Numbered from the stretch's first letter, positions 1-10,477 are shown. The stretch is 64,000 nucleotides of DNA from an uncultured Undibacterium sp. (GCA_963511665.1 CAUPKC010000021.1:4511-68510), one strand, 5' to 3'. Numbers and translations: made by a program. The notes: generated by a model not told the origin, from the letters alone.

Positions 1-870
1 TGCGATGGCTTCGTACTCACGTTCTAGCATAGCCCGTCCACGCGCTTCTTCACGGGCGCGAATTTCTAACGGGGTACGATTTAGAGAAACTTCTAAAGCG
101 ATGGCTTCTGCCTGATCCCGTTCGCGATTAATTTGCTGGGATTCATTGCGAATTTTTGCTAAACGCTCTGCATTTAAGCGTGCCTCACGATCTTGACGCT
201 CGCGGTCACGTGCTTGCTCAGCAATGCGGGCATCGACGCGAGCGCGTTCTATGGCTTCTTGTTTAGCCGCGTAGGATGCGGCAGCACGTTCTGCGGCCCA
301 TTGCTTCGCGTTTTCTGATTCGGTGGCTAAACTTTCGGCATCAATTTTGGCTTTGAAATTGAGTTGTGTATCAATCTTCATTTGTTCGAGCGCCATTTTT
401 TTTGCGTCTTGCTGATTTTTTGTACGCAGGTCCGCTTGAAACTTCGCCTGTTGTTCTATTAAGGTACGTTCTTGCAAGGCACGTGTTTCTTGAGCATCAC
501 TGGCAACTCGCTCCTCACTTGAGAGTTTCAAATCTAACTCTGCAGCCAGACGAGCGCGATTGCCATCGGATTCTACTTGTTGCAAATGGACATTTTCTTC
601 TGCAACTTCTGTGGCAGCGGTCTCAGATTGCAGCGTTTGCTCCGCCAACATGGTCGCTTTCAAATCGGCTTGCAGTCGATTTTCCGAAGCCACTGTCGCC
701 TTAGCTTCAGCCTCTACTCTAGCGATCGCCGCGCGTATACCTTTGATATCGATACGAGCGTGCGGCGTCAAATGATCTTCCGATGCCAAATCAGCTTGTG
801 GATTCATTTGGTCATCTAGTGCCATTGCACCCATGGATAACCGATTGAGTATCATTTGATTGTCATTCAT
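1..870 (-). CDS. Coiled-coil protein, N-terminal 290 codons (gene continues past window start)
   Basis: The minus-strand frame is open for all 290 codons from ATG at 870-868 down to position 1. It is absent from the ORF track because there is no stop in the window. My translation MNDNQMILNRL...AREEARGRAMLEREYEAIA is Ala/Glu/Arg/Gln-rich and heptad-like. Plus-strand ORFs 366-704, 560-775 and 577-819 are antisense shadows. Confidence 0.6.
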   Translation of the reverse strand, partial: MNDNQMILNRLSMGAMALDDQMNPQADLASEDHLTPHARIDIKGIRAAIARVEAEAKATVASENRLQADLKATMLAEQTLQSETAATEVAEENVHLQQVESDGNRARLAAELDLKLSSEERVASDAQETRALQERTLIEQQAKFQADLRTKNQQDAKKMALEQMKIDTQLNFKAKIDAESLATESENAKQWAAERAAASYAAKQEAIERARVDARIAEQARDRERQDREARLNAERLAKIRNESQQINRERDQAEAIALEVSLNRTPLEIRAREEARGRAMLEREYEAIA

Positions 871-1178
871 CGCACACCTCGTCGTTTAATCTACCCCGTA
901 GCCTGCTAAAGAAATCTTCAGACAAAGCCGTCAGGGAATCTGTATAGCTTGAATTATCGGCTAGCGAAAAATAAACGAAGCTTAGAGAAGAATGGGGAAA
1001 ATACCGTATTTCCCCACTTTCATATTCCCCTTCCTTATTTGATTTGAGGTCACTGCTGCTTATGAGCTTATGGAGAGATTGTATAAACCAACATAGCGCA
1101 GGACAGGCATTTATTAGTACAATCAAGCCAATCACTTATTTTTTTATTACCTTTTCCAAACTTAGGTTTTTGCTCCCA

Positions 1179-2345
1179 ATGAATACTAGCTTGCCATCAC
1201 TGATTGCCTCCAAACTGCCTGAAGTAAAAACCACGATCTTTGCAACCATGTCGGCACTGGCTCAGCAGCATCAGGCAATTAATCTTGGTCAAGGTTTCCC
1301 CGATTTTGCTTGTGATCCAAGTTTGATAGAACATGTGCATAACGCGATGTTAGCTGGACACAACCAGTATCCCTTGATGCCCGGTGCGATTCCCTTGCGA
1401 CAAGCGATTGCGGATAAAGTGAGGGATCTGTATAACGCCGACTATAGCCCTGAAACCCAAATCACCGTAACGGCTGGCGCCACGCAAGCCATCATGACGA
1501 GCATCCTGGCCTGCGTGCATGCAGGGGATGAAGTGATCGTGATCGAACCCGCATATGATAGTTATGTACCAACAATACAATTAGCGGGAGGCATACCTGT
1601 TTTGGTTGGCATGCGCCTTGAAAACGAAGAATTTAGAATTGATTGGGATGCGCTAAAAAGTAAAATTAGCGATAAAACTCGTCTAATTATTATCAATTCA
1701 CCGCACAATCCCACAGGAATGACTTTACAAACAAGTGATCTCGATGCGCTCGCTCAAATTACACGAGATAGCAAAATTTTAATTTTGTCAGATGAAGTCT
1801 ATGAGCACATGGTGTTTGATGGTCAAGCCCATTTATCTTTAGCGAGTCACCCTGAGTTGGCAGCCAGAAGTTTCATTATCTCCAGTTTCGGTAAGACTTA
1901 CCATGTGACAGGTTGGAAAGTGGCATATGTGTTAGCGCCGCAGGCACTAAGTGCAGAATTTCGTAAGGTACATCAATTTAATGTATTTACCGTTAATTCG
2001 GCGATGCAATATGGACTTGCCAGCTATATGCAAAACTCGGATGCACATTTGCAACTGGCATCTTTTTATCAAGAGAAGCGCGATTACTTCCGGTCGGCGT
2101 TGGCAGCGTCGAATTTCCGCTTGTTACCTGTGACCGGCACCTATTTTCAATGCGTGGATTACTCAGCCATTTCGGACAAATCTGAATTGGCATTTGCCAA
2201 ATGGCTCACCGAAGAAGTCGGCGTGGCGGCAATTCCTGTATCTGCGTTTTACCAAAATCAAACACAGAATAAACTAGTTCGCTTCTGTTTTGCGAAGAAG
2301 AAGGAAACCTTAGAGGCTGCCTTGGAGAAGCTAATTTCTTTATAA
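1179..2345 (+). CDS. Class I/II PLP-dependent aminotransferase (YbdL-like methionine aminotransferase)
   Basis: ORF 1044-2345. The N-terminal 45 codons look non-protein-like, and the ATG at 1179 gives 388 aa (MNTSLPSLIASKLPEV...). Motifs NLGQGFPDF, NSPHNPTG and SFGKTYHVTGWKVAY (PLP lysine) are present. Confidence 0.85.
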   Translation: MNTSLPSLIASKLPEVKTTIFATMSALAQQHQAINLGQGFPDFACDPSLIEHVHNAMLAGHNQYPLMPGAIPLRQAIADKVRDLYNADYSPETQITVTAGATQAIMTSILACVHAGDEVIVIEPAYDSYVPTIQLAGGIPVLVGMRLENEEFRIDWDALKSKISDKTRLIIINSPHNPTGMTLQTSDLDALAQITRDSKILILSDEVYEHMVFDGQAHLSLASHPELAARSFIISSFGKTYHVTGWKVAYVLAPQALSAEFRKVHQFNVFTVNSAMQYGLASYMQNSDAHLQLASFYQEKRDYFRSALAASNFRLLPVTGTYFQCVDYSAISDKSELAFAKWLTEEVGVAAIPVSAFYQNQTQNKLVRFCFAKKKETLEAALEKLISL

Positions 2346-2417
2346 ATTCCTTCCAAACTCTTTAGAAATTAACAGATGAATCAAAGCCTGAAATTAACGA
2401 AATGGTAATTGCATTGT

Positions 2418-2864
2418 TCATTTCTCTTCAGGATTCTCTACTTTTATATTATTAAATTCAGTTTTTGTCTCAAACTTAGCTGCGCGCGCTTTGCGTAAAA
2501 AGGATTTTGCCTCTGAACTAATTCGTCGTAATACTTCTTGAACTTGACGGCGCGTGTGACGCAGATCGTCAAAACAAGCAGTGACAAAAAAATTATCCTG
2601 ACACTGCAGTTCTTTGTCATGGACAAAATTTTGCAAGACGGACTGTACTTGATCAATCTTACTCAAAGCTGTTTCTGCGACTTCTTTCGCGCTAATACTT
2701 CCTACAATAAACTCGCGATTTAATTCCGTCGTCATCTTTTCCAGCAAGGAAAGTTCGACTTTAACAGAGTGATTCTGCGCTAAAGCTGAAACTGAAGTGC
2801 CGCCAACAATTGCCAGAAAACACAATAACGAAGTAATTAATTTAGATATATTTTGATTAAACAT
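2418..2864 (-). CDS. Hypothetical secreted protein (signal peptide)
   Basis: 148-aa ORF with a hydrophobic N-terminus ending ...VSALAQN. It overlaps the zapE stop by 8 nt, which suggests one operon. No family recognised. Confidence 0.55.
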   Translation of the reverse strand: MFNQNISKLITSLLCFLAIVGGTSVSALAQNHSVKVELSLLEKMTTELNREFIVGSISAKEVAETALSKIDQVQSVLQNFVHDKELQCQDNFFVTACFDDLRHTRRQVQEVLRRISSEAKSFLRKARAAKFETKTEFNNIKVENPEEK

Positions 2865-3969
2865 GTGCTTGTGTATCTAGCATCGCATGGATTTCTCGTT
2901 GATCGGCATTCATATATTCTTGAGATTGCATTTCTATAATACGTGAAACGGTTCGATGAAACTCGTTAGAAAGAGTTCCTTGTGTATAAAGTAATTCTGG
3001 AGCCACCTCAGCGGACATAATCAACTTCACTTTATTGTCATAAAAGACATCGATGAGCCAAGTGAAACGACGTGCCTCTGACGACATACCCGCAGACATT
3101 TGTGGAATCGACGATAAAATAACGGTATGAAAACGACTGGCGATTTCTAAATAATCATTTTGTGAACGCGGACCACCACACAGGGTCGCAAAATCAAACC
3201 ATATCGTAGTGCCTGCGCGGCGTAAGGATTTTAAACGTCGGCCTTCAATATCAACATGCGGATCTTCATCTTTGGTCTCAGCAACTTTCGCAAATGCGAG
3301 ACGCAATCCTTGGTCAGTCTGTGCATTCAAGGGAGTCAAGTAAACCTCCACTTGCTCTAACGCCCGCTTGCGATAGTCGTTACCAGAATCTACATTTAAA
3401 ACATCCAAACGTTCTTTCAGTAAAGCGATGGTAGGTAACATCCTGTCTCTATGCAAGCCGTCTGGATACAAAGTATCTGGTTGATAATTTGAGGTCATTA
3501 CAAACGACACGCCATTATCAAACAGGGCTTTCATCAAGTTGTACAACAACATGGCGTCGGCCACATCAGAAACATGAAACTCGTCAAAACAGATCAAGCG
3601 ATAATTCTTGGCAATACGCGCGGCCACTTCGTTCAATGGGTCAGCTACCCCTTTGAGTTCGTCTAATTCGCGATGCACAGCACGCATGAATTCATGAAAG
3701 TGCAAACGTGTTTTTCGAACAATCGGCACCACGGAATAAAAACTGTCCATCAGGAATGACTTCCCACGTCCTACCCCACCCCACATGTAGATGCCACGCG
3801 GCACATCTGGACGCGTGATCAAACGGACTAGGCGATTTGAGCGTTTAGACTTGTACTCAACCCAGTCGTCATAGGCTAGTTGCAATCGATCTACCGCGAG
3901 TTTTTGCGCTGCATCGGCTTGAAAACCCCGCTGATTAATGGCTTCTTGGTAAAACTCGTGAACATTCAT
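2857..3969 (-). CDS. zapE: Cell division protein ZapE (AFG1-family ATPase)
   Basis: 370 aa with Walker A GGVGRGKSFLMD and Walker B LICFDEFHV. It sits downstream of lpdA. Confidence 0.85.
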   Translation of the reverse strand: MNVHEFYQEAINQRGFQADAAQKLAVDRLQLAYDDWVEYKSKRSNRLVRLITRPDVPRGIYMWGGVGRGKSFLMDSFYSVVPIVRKTRLHFHEFMRAVHRELDELKGVADPLNEVAARIAKNYRLICFDEFHVSDVADAMLLYNLMKALFDNGVSFVMTSNYQPDTLYPDGLHRDRMLPTIALLKERLDVLNVDSGNDYRKRALEQVEVYLTPLNAQTDQGLRLAFAKVAETKDEDPHVDIEGRRLKSLRRAGTTIWFDFATLCGGPRSQNDYLEIASRFHTVILSSIPQMSAGMSSEARRFTWLIDVFYDNKVKLIMSAEVAPELLYTQGTLSNEFHRTVSRIIEMQSQEYMNADQREIHAMLDTQAHV

Positions 3970-4041
3970 GTTTGGGTTATCGTGATGAGTCGAAGTTGGA
4001 AAATCTTGTGTTCAATTGATCTATTGAGCGGGTCTACAAAC

Positions 4042-4081
4042 TTAAAAGCGGAATAGATATTCGTTTATCTATTCCGCTTCT
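4042..4081 (-). terminator. Intrinsic terminator after lpdA
   Basis: Perfect 14-bp inverted repeat aagcggaatagata (4046-4059) / tatctattccgctt (4066-4079). On the minus strand it is followed by TTTTAAGTTT. Confidence 0.7.
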
Positions 4082-4107
4082 TACATGCAGCTATGAATTG
4101 TCGATGA

Positions 4108-5535
4108 TCAGAAATTCAGAGCGCGCTTATCCACTGCTAAAGCCGCTTCTTTCGTTGCTTCAGACAAAGAAGGATGCGCGTGGCAGATGCGCGCGATATC
4201 TTCGGAAGATGCACGGAATTCCATCGCTACTACCGCTTCAGAAATCAACTCAGAAGCCATAGGGCCAACGATATGTACGCCTAAGATTTCATCGGTCGTT
4301 GCATCGGCTAAGAATTTCACCATACCGGAAGTATCACCTAAAGCACGCGCACGACCATTTGCCATAAATGGGAAAGTACCCGCTTTGTACGCTACGCCGT
4401 CGGCTTTCAACTGTTGCTCTGTGCGACCAACCCAAGCGATCTCTGGTGAGGTGTAGATAACCCAAGGAATCGTATTGAAGTTCACATGACCATGTTGACC
4501 AGCGATACGCTCAGCGACTGCAACACCTTCCTCTTCAGCTTTATGTGCCAGCATAGGGCCACGCACGACGTCACCGACCGCCCAAACGTTAGGCAGGTTC
4601 GTTTTACAATCACCATCCACGGCGATGAAACCACGTTCATCCAATGCCAGACCGACTGCTTCGGCATTCAAACCATTTGTGTTTGGCGTGCGACCAATAG
4701 AAATAATCAACTTGTCGAAAACTGCCTTGTGTTCTGTGCCTTTGTCGTCAGTGTAATTAACTGTGACATCACTAGAACCTTTGACAATATCGCCAATTTT
4801 TACGCCGAGATTGATAGTCAAACCTTGTTTTACAAAGAGTTTGTGTGCTTCTTTGGCGATCTGTTCATCGACTGCGCCGAGAAAAGTTGGCAATGCTTCC
4901 AATACGGTGACTTCAGCACCGCAACGACGCCATACGCTGCCCATTTCTAAGCCAATCACGCCAGCGCCGATGACGCCGAGTTTCTTCGGTACAGCACCCA
5001 CTTTCAATGCGCCGTCGTTTGACAGAATTAATTCTTCGTCAAAAGCTGCGCCAGGTAATGCACGAGCATTCGAACCAGTTGCCACAACAATATGCTTGCC
5101 TGTAATGGTTTCTTCTTCCTTGCCAGCGACTTTGATTTCGTAGCCGCCGTCTGCGGCTTTGACAAAAGAACCGTGGCCGTGGAAGAAGCTGACTTTATTC
5201 TTTTTAAATAAGTAAACAATACCGTCGTTATTTTGCTTAACGATCGTATCTTTACGTTTCAACATTTTAGCGACATCTAATTCCAGACCACTGACATTGA
5301 TACCGTGATCTGCAAATGCGTGACCAGCATGTTCATAATGTTCTGAAGATTGCAATAGCGCCTTAGACGGAATGCAACCAACATTTGTACAAGTACCACC
5401 CAGCGCTGGACCACCTTTTTCATTCGTCCACGCATCGATACACGCTGTGGAAAAACCCAATTGTGCCGCACGAATTGCGGCGATATAACCACCAGGACCG
5501 CCGCCGATCACGACGACATCAAATTGTTTGCTCAT
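4108..5535 (-). CDS. lpdA: Dihydrolipoyl dehydrogenase (E3)
   Basis: The ORF runs to 5550 (TTG), but ATG at 5535 ([17 protein letters not shown]) is preceded by AAGGTAA. The redox-active site [13 protein letters not shown] and the C-terminal HAHPSLSE motif are present. Confidence 0.95.
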   Translation of the reverse strand: MSKQFDVVVIGGGPGGYIAAIRAAQLGFSTACIDAWTNEKGGPALGGTCTNVGCIPSKALLQSSEHYEHAGHAFADHGINVSGLELDVAKMLKRKDTIVKQNNDGIVYLFKKNKVSFFHGHGSFVKAADGGYEIKVAGKEEETITGKHIVVATGSNARALPGAAFDEELILSNDGALKVGAVPKKLGVIGAGVIGLEMGSVWRRCGAEVTVLEALPTFLGAVDEQIAKEAHKLFVKQGLTINLGVKIGDIVKGSSDVTVNYTDDKGTEHKAVFDKLIISIGRTPNTNGLNAEAVGLALDERGFIAVDGDCKTNLPNVWAVGDVVRGPMLAHKAEEEGVAVAERIAGQHGHVNFNTIPWVIYTSPEIAWVGRTEQQLKADGVAYKAGTFPFMANGRARALGDTSGMVKFLADATTDEILGVHIVGPMASELISEAVVAMEFRASSEDIARICHAHPSLSEATKEAALAVDKRALNF

Positions 5536-5636
5536 AGTATTACCTTGCAAGGTTCACTGAAATTAAAATAGAAATAGAAAATGAGCGCAACAATTGGTCA
5601 TATTGACAATCGAATGCGCTCAAAACAACTCGCGGA

Positions 5637-5975
5637 CTACGCTTCCTCTGGAATAAAGATCCAAGCCAGCAAATACGCGATAACACCAAAACCAAAACAC
5701 GCAACAAACAAAAAGAACGCCAAACGCCAAATCCATGCTTCCAAACCTGTGAATTTCCCCAAACCACCGCAAACGCCCCCCAACCATTGATCGGTTTTGG
5801 AACGACGCAATTGGTTCAAATTCGCAAAAGGATTCTCACCGTTGGCGCCGGCATGCGAGGCATTTGCATTAAGTGATGCAAGTAACTTCTCTTTGGCCTG
5901 AGCGAACTCTGCATCAGTCAATGCGCCCGACTGATGCAATTCGTGCAGACGTTTAATTTCGTCAGCAATATTCAT
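5637..5975 (-). CDS. SHOCT-domain / PspC-domain membrane protein
   Basis: 112 aa. The N-terminal IKRLHELHQSGALTDAEFAQAKEKLL is SHOCT-like. The C-terminal LRRSKTDQWLGGVCGGLGKFTGLEAWIWRLAFFLF...LLAWIFIPE is PspC-like with a TM helix. Confidence 0.7.
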   Translation of the reverse strand: MNIADEIKRLHELHQSGALTDAEFAQAKEKLLASLNANASHAGANGENPFANLNQLRRSKTDQWLGGVCGGLGKFTGLEAWIWRLAFFLFVACFGFGVIAYLLAWIFIPEEA

Positions 5976-6002
5976 ATTGTGTTGTGATGGTAATTGGTGA
6001 AA

Positions 6003-7256
6003 TTACAGATCCAACAGCAAACGAGCTGGATCTTCCAGTGCTTCTTTCATTGCGACCAAACCAAGAACCGCTTCACGACCGTCGATGATGCGGTGATCGT
6101 AAGACATCGCCAGATAATTCATCGGACGAATCACGATTTGACCATTTTCGACAACCGCACGGTCTTTCGTTGCATGTACGCCCAAGATCGCGGATTGTGG
6201 TGGGTTGATGATCGGTGTAGACAACATCGAACCGAAAGTACCGCCATTAGAGATGGAGAAAGTACCGCCAGTCAAATCATCCAAGGTCAACTTTCCGTCT
6301 TTGGCTTTGGCACCGAATTCACCGATTTTCTTTTCAATTTCAGCAATCGACATTTGATCGGCATTACGTAAGATAGGTACCACCAAACCACGTGGTGAGC
6401 CCACTGCAATACCGATGTCGAAATAGCCGTGATACACGATGTCATTGCCATCGACTGATGCGTTAATGATCGGGTATTTCTTCAGCGCAGCAACAGCCGC
6501 TTTGACAAAGAAAGACATGAAACCTAATTTCACGCCATGTTCTTTTTCGAACTTATCTTTGTACTTGTTACGCAGATCCATCACTGGTGCCATGTTGACT
6601 TCATTGAAAGTCGTCAAAATCGCATTCGTGGATTGTGATTGCACCAAACGCTCAGCGATACGCGCACGCAAACGGCTCATAGGAACGCGTTCTTCTGGGC
6701 GGTCACCGAGGTTTGCTACTGCAGGTGCAGAAACTTGTTGCAATGCTGGTTTTGCTGCAACTGGTGCTGCCAATGGCGCGACAGCTGGTGCAGCTTTATT
6801 AGCGACTGCAGCCAATGCATCACCTTTGGTAACGCGACCATCTTTGCCTGTACCATCAATTGTGCCAGCAGACATATTGTTCTCTGCCAAAATCTTAGCT
6901 GCGGCAGGCATTGCGATCCCCGCTGCAGAGCTACTTGTTGCAGCGGCAGAAGTCGTTGGTGCTGCTACCGTAGCGGCTGCAGCTGCCGGGGCAGTAGCAA
7001 CTGTACCTGCAGAAGCTTCTGTATCAATCAATGCAATAACTTGACCGGCAACTACTGTGCTGCCGTCACCGCTCATGATTTGGGTAATAACGCCGGCTGC
7101 AGGCGCGGGTAATTCCAACACCACTTTGTCGGTTTCTACGTCCACCAGATTTTCATCGCGAGCGGCGGCTTCACCTACTTTTTTATGCCAAGTCAGCAAA
7201 GTCGCTTCAGCGACGGATTCAGATAATTGTGGAACTTTTACTTCGATAATTGCCAT
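6003..7256 (-). CDS. sucB: Dihydrolipoyllysine-residue succinyltransferase (2-oxoglutarate dehydrogenase E2)
   Basis: 417 aa with a lipoyl domain ([13 protein letters not shown]), Ala/Pro-rich linkers and the catalytic [14 protein letters not shown] motif. Confidence 0.95.
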   Translation of the reverse strand: MAIIEVKVPQLSESVAEATLLTWHKKVGEAAARDENLVDVETDKVVLELPAPAAGVITQIMSGDGSTVVAGQVIALIDTEASAGTVATAPAAAAATVAAPTTSAAATSSSAAGIAMPAAAKILAENNMSAGTIDGTGKDGRVTKGDALAAVANKAAPAVAPLAAPVAAKPALQQVSAPAVANLGDRPEERVPMSRLRARIAERLVQSQSTNAILTTFNEVNMAPVMDLRNKYKDKFEKEHGVKLGFMSFFVKAAVAALKKYPIINASVDGNDIVYHGYFDIGIAVGSPRGLVVPILRNADQMSIAEIEKKIGEFGAKAKDGKLTLDDLTGGTFSISNGGTFGSMLSTPIINPPQSAILGVHATKDRAVVENGQIVIRPMNYLAMSYDHRIIDGREAVLGLVAMKEALEDPARLLLDL

Positions 7257-7330
7257 GTTTTTCTCCGTGTCGGATGTCTATGTCTAATGCGGCGCTGCAC
7301 TTTCATTATTTTTAGCAGCGCCACCTAGGA

Positions 7331-10186
7331 TTACTTAGTCAGAATATAACCTTTGAGCTTAGAAAAAGCCGCATCGAGCAAAGCTTTTTGCTGTGCATAG
7401 TGCTTGTCGTAATAGCCGACTGCAGGTGATGCACTGGCAGGACGACCTGCATAAGCCAACTTCTGGCCTTCGTCCAAGCTTTCAAAGATATTGTGTTGGA
7501 TCTGGAACCACGGACCTTGATTTTGTGGCTCATCTTGCGCCCATACCAATTCCGCCATATTGGGGAACTTCTTCAATTCAGCGATGAAGCTCTTATGTGG
7601 AAATGGATAGAGTTGCTCAACGCGAATAATCGCTGTATCAGACTGACCGCGTTCCTTGCGGGCATTGACCAGATCATAGTAAACCTTACCGGAACATGCG
7701 ACGACACGTTTCACTTTCTTCGCATCGATAGATTCATCAACTTCACCGATTACCGTATGGAAGCTACCTTTTGCCAATTCGGACAATGGTGAGCCAGCAT
7801 CTTTATTACGCAACAAAGACTTCGGCGTCATGATGACCAAAGGCTTGCGGAATTGACGGATCATCTGGCGACGCAACAAATGGAAAATCTGTGCGGCGCT
7901 GGTAGGCTGAACCACTTGCATATTATTGTCTGCACACAATTGCAAGAAGCGTTCTGGACGAGCAGAAGAATGCTCTGGACCCTGACCTTCATAGCCATGT
8001 GGCAGCATCATAACTAGACCACAAGCACGACCCCACTTCACTTCGCCTGAGCTGATGAATTGATCTATAACGACTTGCGCGCCATTCGCGAAATCACCAA
8101 ATTGCGCTTCCCAGATCGTTAAAGTATTTGGTTCTGCACTTGAGTAACCATATTCAAACGCCAAAACTGCTTCTTCTGACAATACTGAATCAATTACAGT
8201 AAATGGCGCTTGTTTGTCAGAGATGTTTTGCAGAGGAATATAAGTACCAGCATCCCAGCGTTCACGATTTTGATCATGTAATACCGCATGGCGATGCACG
8301 AAAGTACCGCGACCTGCATCTTGACCTGTCAAACGAATCGCGTAACCAGAGGACACCAAAGAAGCATAAGCTAAATGTTCGCCCATTCCCCAGTCGAGAT
8401 TCATCTCACCACGACCCATTGTGGCGCGGTCACCCAAGACTTTTTCAACCAGACTGTGCGGTTTAAAACCCTGAGGAACCACCGTGATGCGTTCAGCTAA
8501 ACGTTTCAGTTCGGTTGCTGGCACGGCTGTATCAGCTGCATCGGTCCATTTGCGATTTAAGAACGGAATCCAATCAACTGCATACTTATTTTTGAAGTTG
8601 GAAATAACAGGATCGTGAGTATGCTTACCTGCATCCATCGCATCACGGAAGGCTTTGACCATATTGTCGCCACCATCAGCTGCAATCGTACCTTGCGCTG
8701 ACAATTTGTCTGCGTACATCTTGCGGGTGCCAGGATGCTGTGCAATCTTTTTGTACATCAAAGGTTGCGTGAGTGCTGGTGTATCTTGTTCGTTATGACC
8801 CAATTTGCGATAACAAATGATATCGACAACAACGTCTTTTTTGAACTCCATACGATAGTCTAGAGCGATCTGCGTTGCCAACACCACGGCTTCAGGATCA
8901 TCTGCATTGACGTGTAATACTGGTGCTTCGATCATCTTCACCACATCGGAGCAATATGTCGTGGAACGCGCATCACGTGGATCAGAGGTCGTGAAACCAA
9001 TTTGATTGTTAATCACGATATGCACGGTACCGCCAGTGCCGTAGCCGCGAGTTTGCGCCAGATTCAAGGTTTCCATTACAACGCCCTGACCTGCAAACGC
9101 CGCATCGCCGTGTACTAAGATAGGCAAAACTTGTGAGCCATCTTTGTCGCCACGTCGATCCATACGCGCTTTGACTGAACCCTCTACCACTGGATTAACG
9201 ATTTCCAAGTGGGAAGGATTAAACGCCAAGGACAAGTGGACTGGGCCGCCTGGTGTCGAGATATCGGATGAGAAGCCTTGGTGATACTTAACGTCACCCG
9301 CTGGCAGATCATCACCATGTTTTCCTTCGAATTCAGCAAATAAATCTTGTGGCATTTTGCCCAAGGTATTGACCAACACATTCAAACGACCGCGGTGTGC
9401 CATACCAATAACGATTTCCTCAACCCCACGTTCACCAGCGCGTTGGATTGTTTCATCAATCGAAGCAATAAAACTTTCACCGCCTTCAAGTGAGAAGCGT
9501 TTTTGACCAACGTAACGTGTGTGTAAGTAACGTTCCAAACCTTCTGCGGCCGTCAAGCGATCCAGAATATGTTTTTTCTTTTCTACTGTGAAGCTTGGTG
9601 TGGAGCGGATAGATTCGAGTTTTTCTTGCATCCAACGCTTTTCCGCCGGATCGCTGATATACATGAACTCGGCACCGATAGAACGGCAATAAGTATCACG
9701 TAAAGAATTGAGCAAGTCGCGTAAAGAAGCGTTCTCTGGCCCAAAATAGGTGTTACTGATATTGAACTGCGTGTCCATATCGGCATCCGTCAAACCATAG
9801 AAGCTTGGCTCCAATTCTGGCAATGGCGGACGTTCTTGGCGTTGCAGTGGGTCTAAGTTTGCCCAGCGACTACCTAAAAAACGATAAGCAGCGATTAATT
9901 GCTGAGCGGCGACGCGTTTGCGACCCAATTCAGCATCGCCAGCGGCACTAATGGTGCGGATAGGACCGTGTTTTGCGCGTTCAGCAAAAGACGCAATGAC
10001 AGGCGCGTGAGCGACGTCAGGTTTGGCAGAGCCATCAACAGCTGGGACATGTTGCATGGCGTCGAAATAAGCACGCCAATTATCTGGAACGGAGCCAGGA
10101 TTGTTTAGATACGCTTCATACAGTTCTTCAACATACGGCGCATTGCCGCCGAACAGATACGAGTTAGCGTTATATTGTTGCATCAT
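7331..10186 (-). CDS. sucA: 2-oxoglutarate dehydrogenase E1 component
   Basis: The ORF reaches 10195 (GTG). ATG at 10186 (MMQQYNANSYLFGGNAPYVEELYEAYL) lies 5 nt after AGGTGA. The roughly 950-aa E1o sequence is typical throughout. Confidence 0.95.
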   Translation of the reverse strand: MMQQYNANSYLFGGNAPYVEELYEAYLNNPGSVPDNWRAYFDAMQHVPAVDGSAKPDVAHAPVIASFAERAKHGPIRTISAAGDAELGRKRVAAQQLIAAYRFLGSRWANLDPLQRQERPPLPELEPSFYGLTDADMDTQFNISNTYFGPENASLRDLLNSLRDTYCRSIGAEFMYISDPAEKRWMQEKLESIRSTPSFTVEKKKHILDRLTAAEGLERYLHTRYVGQKRFSLEGGESFIASIDETIQRAGERGVEEIVIGMAHRGRLNVLVNTLGKMPQDLFAEFEGKHGDDLPAGDVKYHQGFSSDISTPGGPVHLSLAFNPSHLEIVNPVVEGSVKARMDRRGDKDGSQVLPILVHGDAAFAGQGVVMETLNLAQTRGYGTGGTVHIVINNQIGFTTSDPRDARSTTYCSDVVKMIEAPVLHVNADDPEAVVLATQIALDYRMEFKKDVVVDIICYRKLGHNEQDTPALTQPLMYKKIAQHPGTRKMYADKLSAQGTIAADGGDNMVKAFRDAMDAGKHTHDPVISNFKNKYAVDWIPFLNRKWTDAADTAVPATELKRLAERITVVPQGFKPHSLVEKVLGDRATMGRGEMNLDWGMGEHLAYASLVSSGYAIRLTGQDAGRGTFVHRHAVLHDQNRERWDAGTYIPLQNISDKQAPFTVIDSVLSEEAVLAFEYGYSSAEPNTLTIWEAQFGDFANGAQVVIDQFISSGEVKWGRACGLVMMLPHGYEGQGPEHSSARPERFLQLCADNNMQVVQPTSAAQIFHLLRRQMIRQFRKPLVIMTPKSLLRNKDAGSPLSELAKGSFHTVIGEVDESIDAKKVKRVVACSGKVYYDLVNARKERGQSDTAIIRVEQLYPFPHKSFIAELKKFPNMAELVWAQDEPQNQGPWFQIQHNIFESLDEGQKLAYAGRPASASPAVGYYDKHYAQQKALLDAAFSKLKGYILTK

Positions 10187-10330
10187 ATTGCTCACCTTTC
10201 TTCGCGCTTCGCGAGATTAGCGGGTTAATCTAACCTTCCGCGACACGGCCTGACCGGTTAGCGGATTGCACATCAAGTTGTGGGGAAGGACTCGTTCGAA
10301 ATTCTATTTTCAACCCAGACTTTGACACGG
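10187..10330 (-). promoter_or_regulatory. Structured 5' leader of sucA; candidate sucA RNA motif
   Basis: Minus-strand leader hairpins seen: TCGCG-aag-CGCGA (10202-10214), AGATTA-acccgc-TAATCT (10214-10231), and CTAACC (10256-10261) pairing with GGTTAG (10230-10235). The last two are mutually exclusive. The position matches the Burkholderiales-specific sucA 5'-UTR motif. I cannot run a covariance model. Confidence 0.4.
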
Positions 10331-10409
10331 TAGGAAAACAAATACCACTTCAAATAAACAGGAGGAATATTGACTTTCAACATCAAATGCGAGAATAACA
10401 TATTTCGCC

Positions 10410-10440
10410 ATAAAAAAAGCGAGTAATTTTTACTCGCTTT
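10410..10440 (-). terminator. Intrinsic terminator after gltA
   Basis: Stem agcgagtaa (10418-10426) / ttactcgct (10430-10438). The minus strand then reads TTTTTTTA. Confidence 0.7.
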
Positions 10441-10477
10441 TATAAGATATATTTAATTTCTTAAATATTTAGCACTA

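Noticed and set aside
366-819. Plus-strand ORFs 366-704, 560-775 and 577-819.
   Set aside because: They lie antisense to a 290-codon open minus-strand frame with far more protein-like composition. Their translations are Cys/Phe/Leu-rich and have no ribosome-binding site.
863-1135. 90-aa minus-strand ORF in the divergent intergenic region.
   Set aside because: It ends inside the start region of the coiled-coil gene in another frame, has no Shine-Dalgarno, and spans what should be promoter DNA for two divergent genes.
6439-7112. 201-aa and 157-aa plus-strand ORFs inside sucB.
   Set aside because: They are antisense shadows of the Ala/Pro-rich (GCN-repeat) linkers of the E2 gene. sucB on the minus strand is unambiguous.
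10360-10426. AGGAGG followed 4 nt later by a TTG-initiated 18-codon plus-strand ORF (MTFNIKCENNIFRHKKSE) that ends in the gltA terminator stem.
   Set aside because: I could find no convincing plus-strand promoter. The TTGACA at 10322 lacks a -10 element. The start is TTG and the ORF is very short. The CCTCCT more likely just sits within the minus-strand sucA promoter region.
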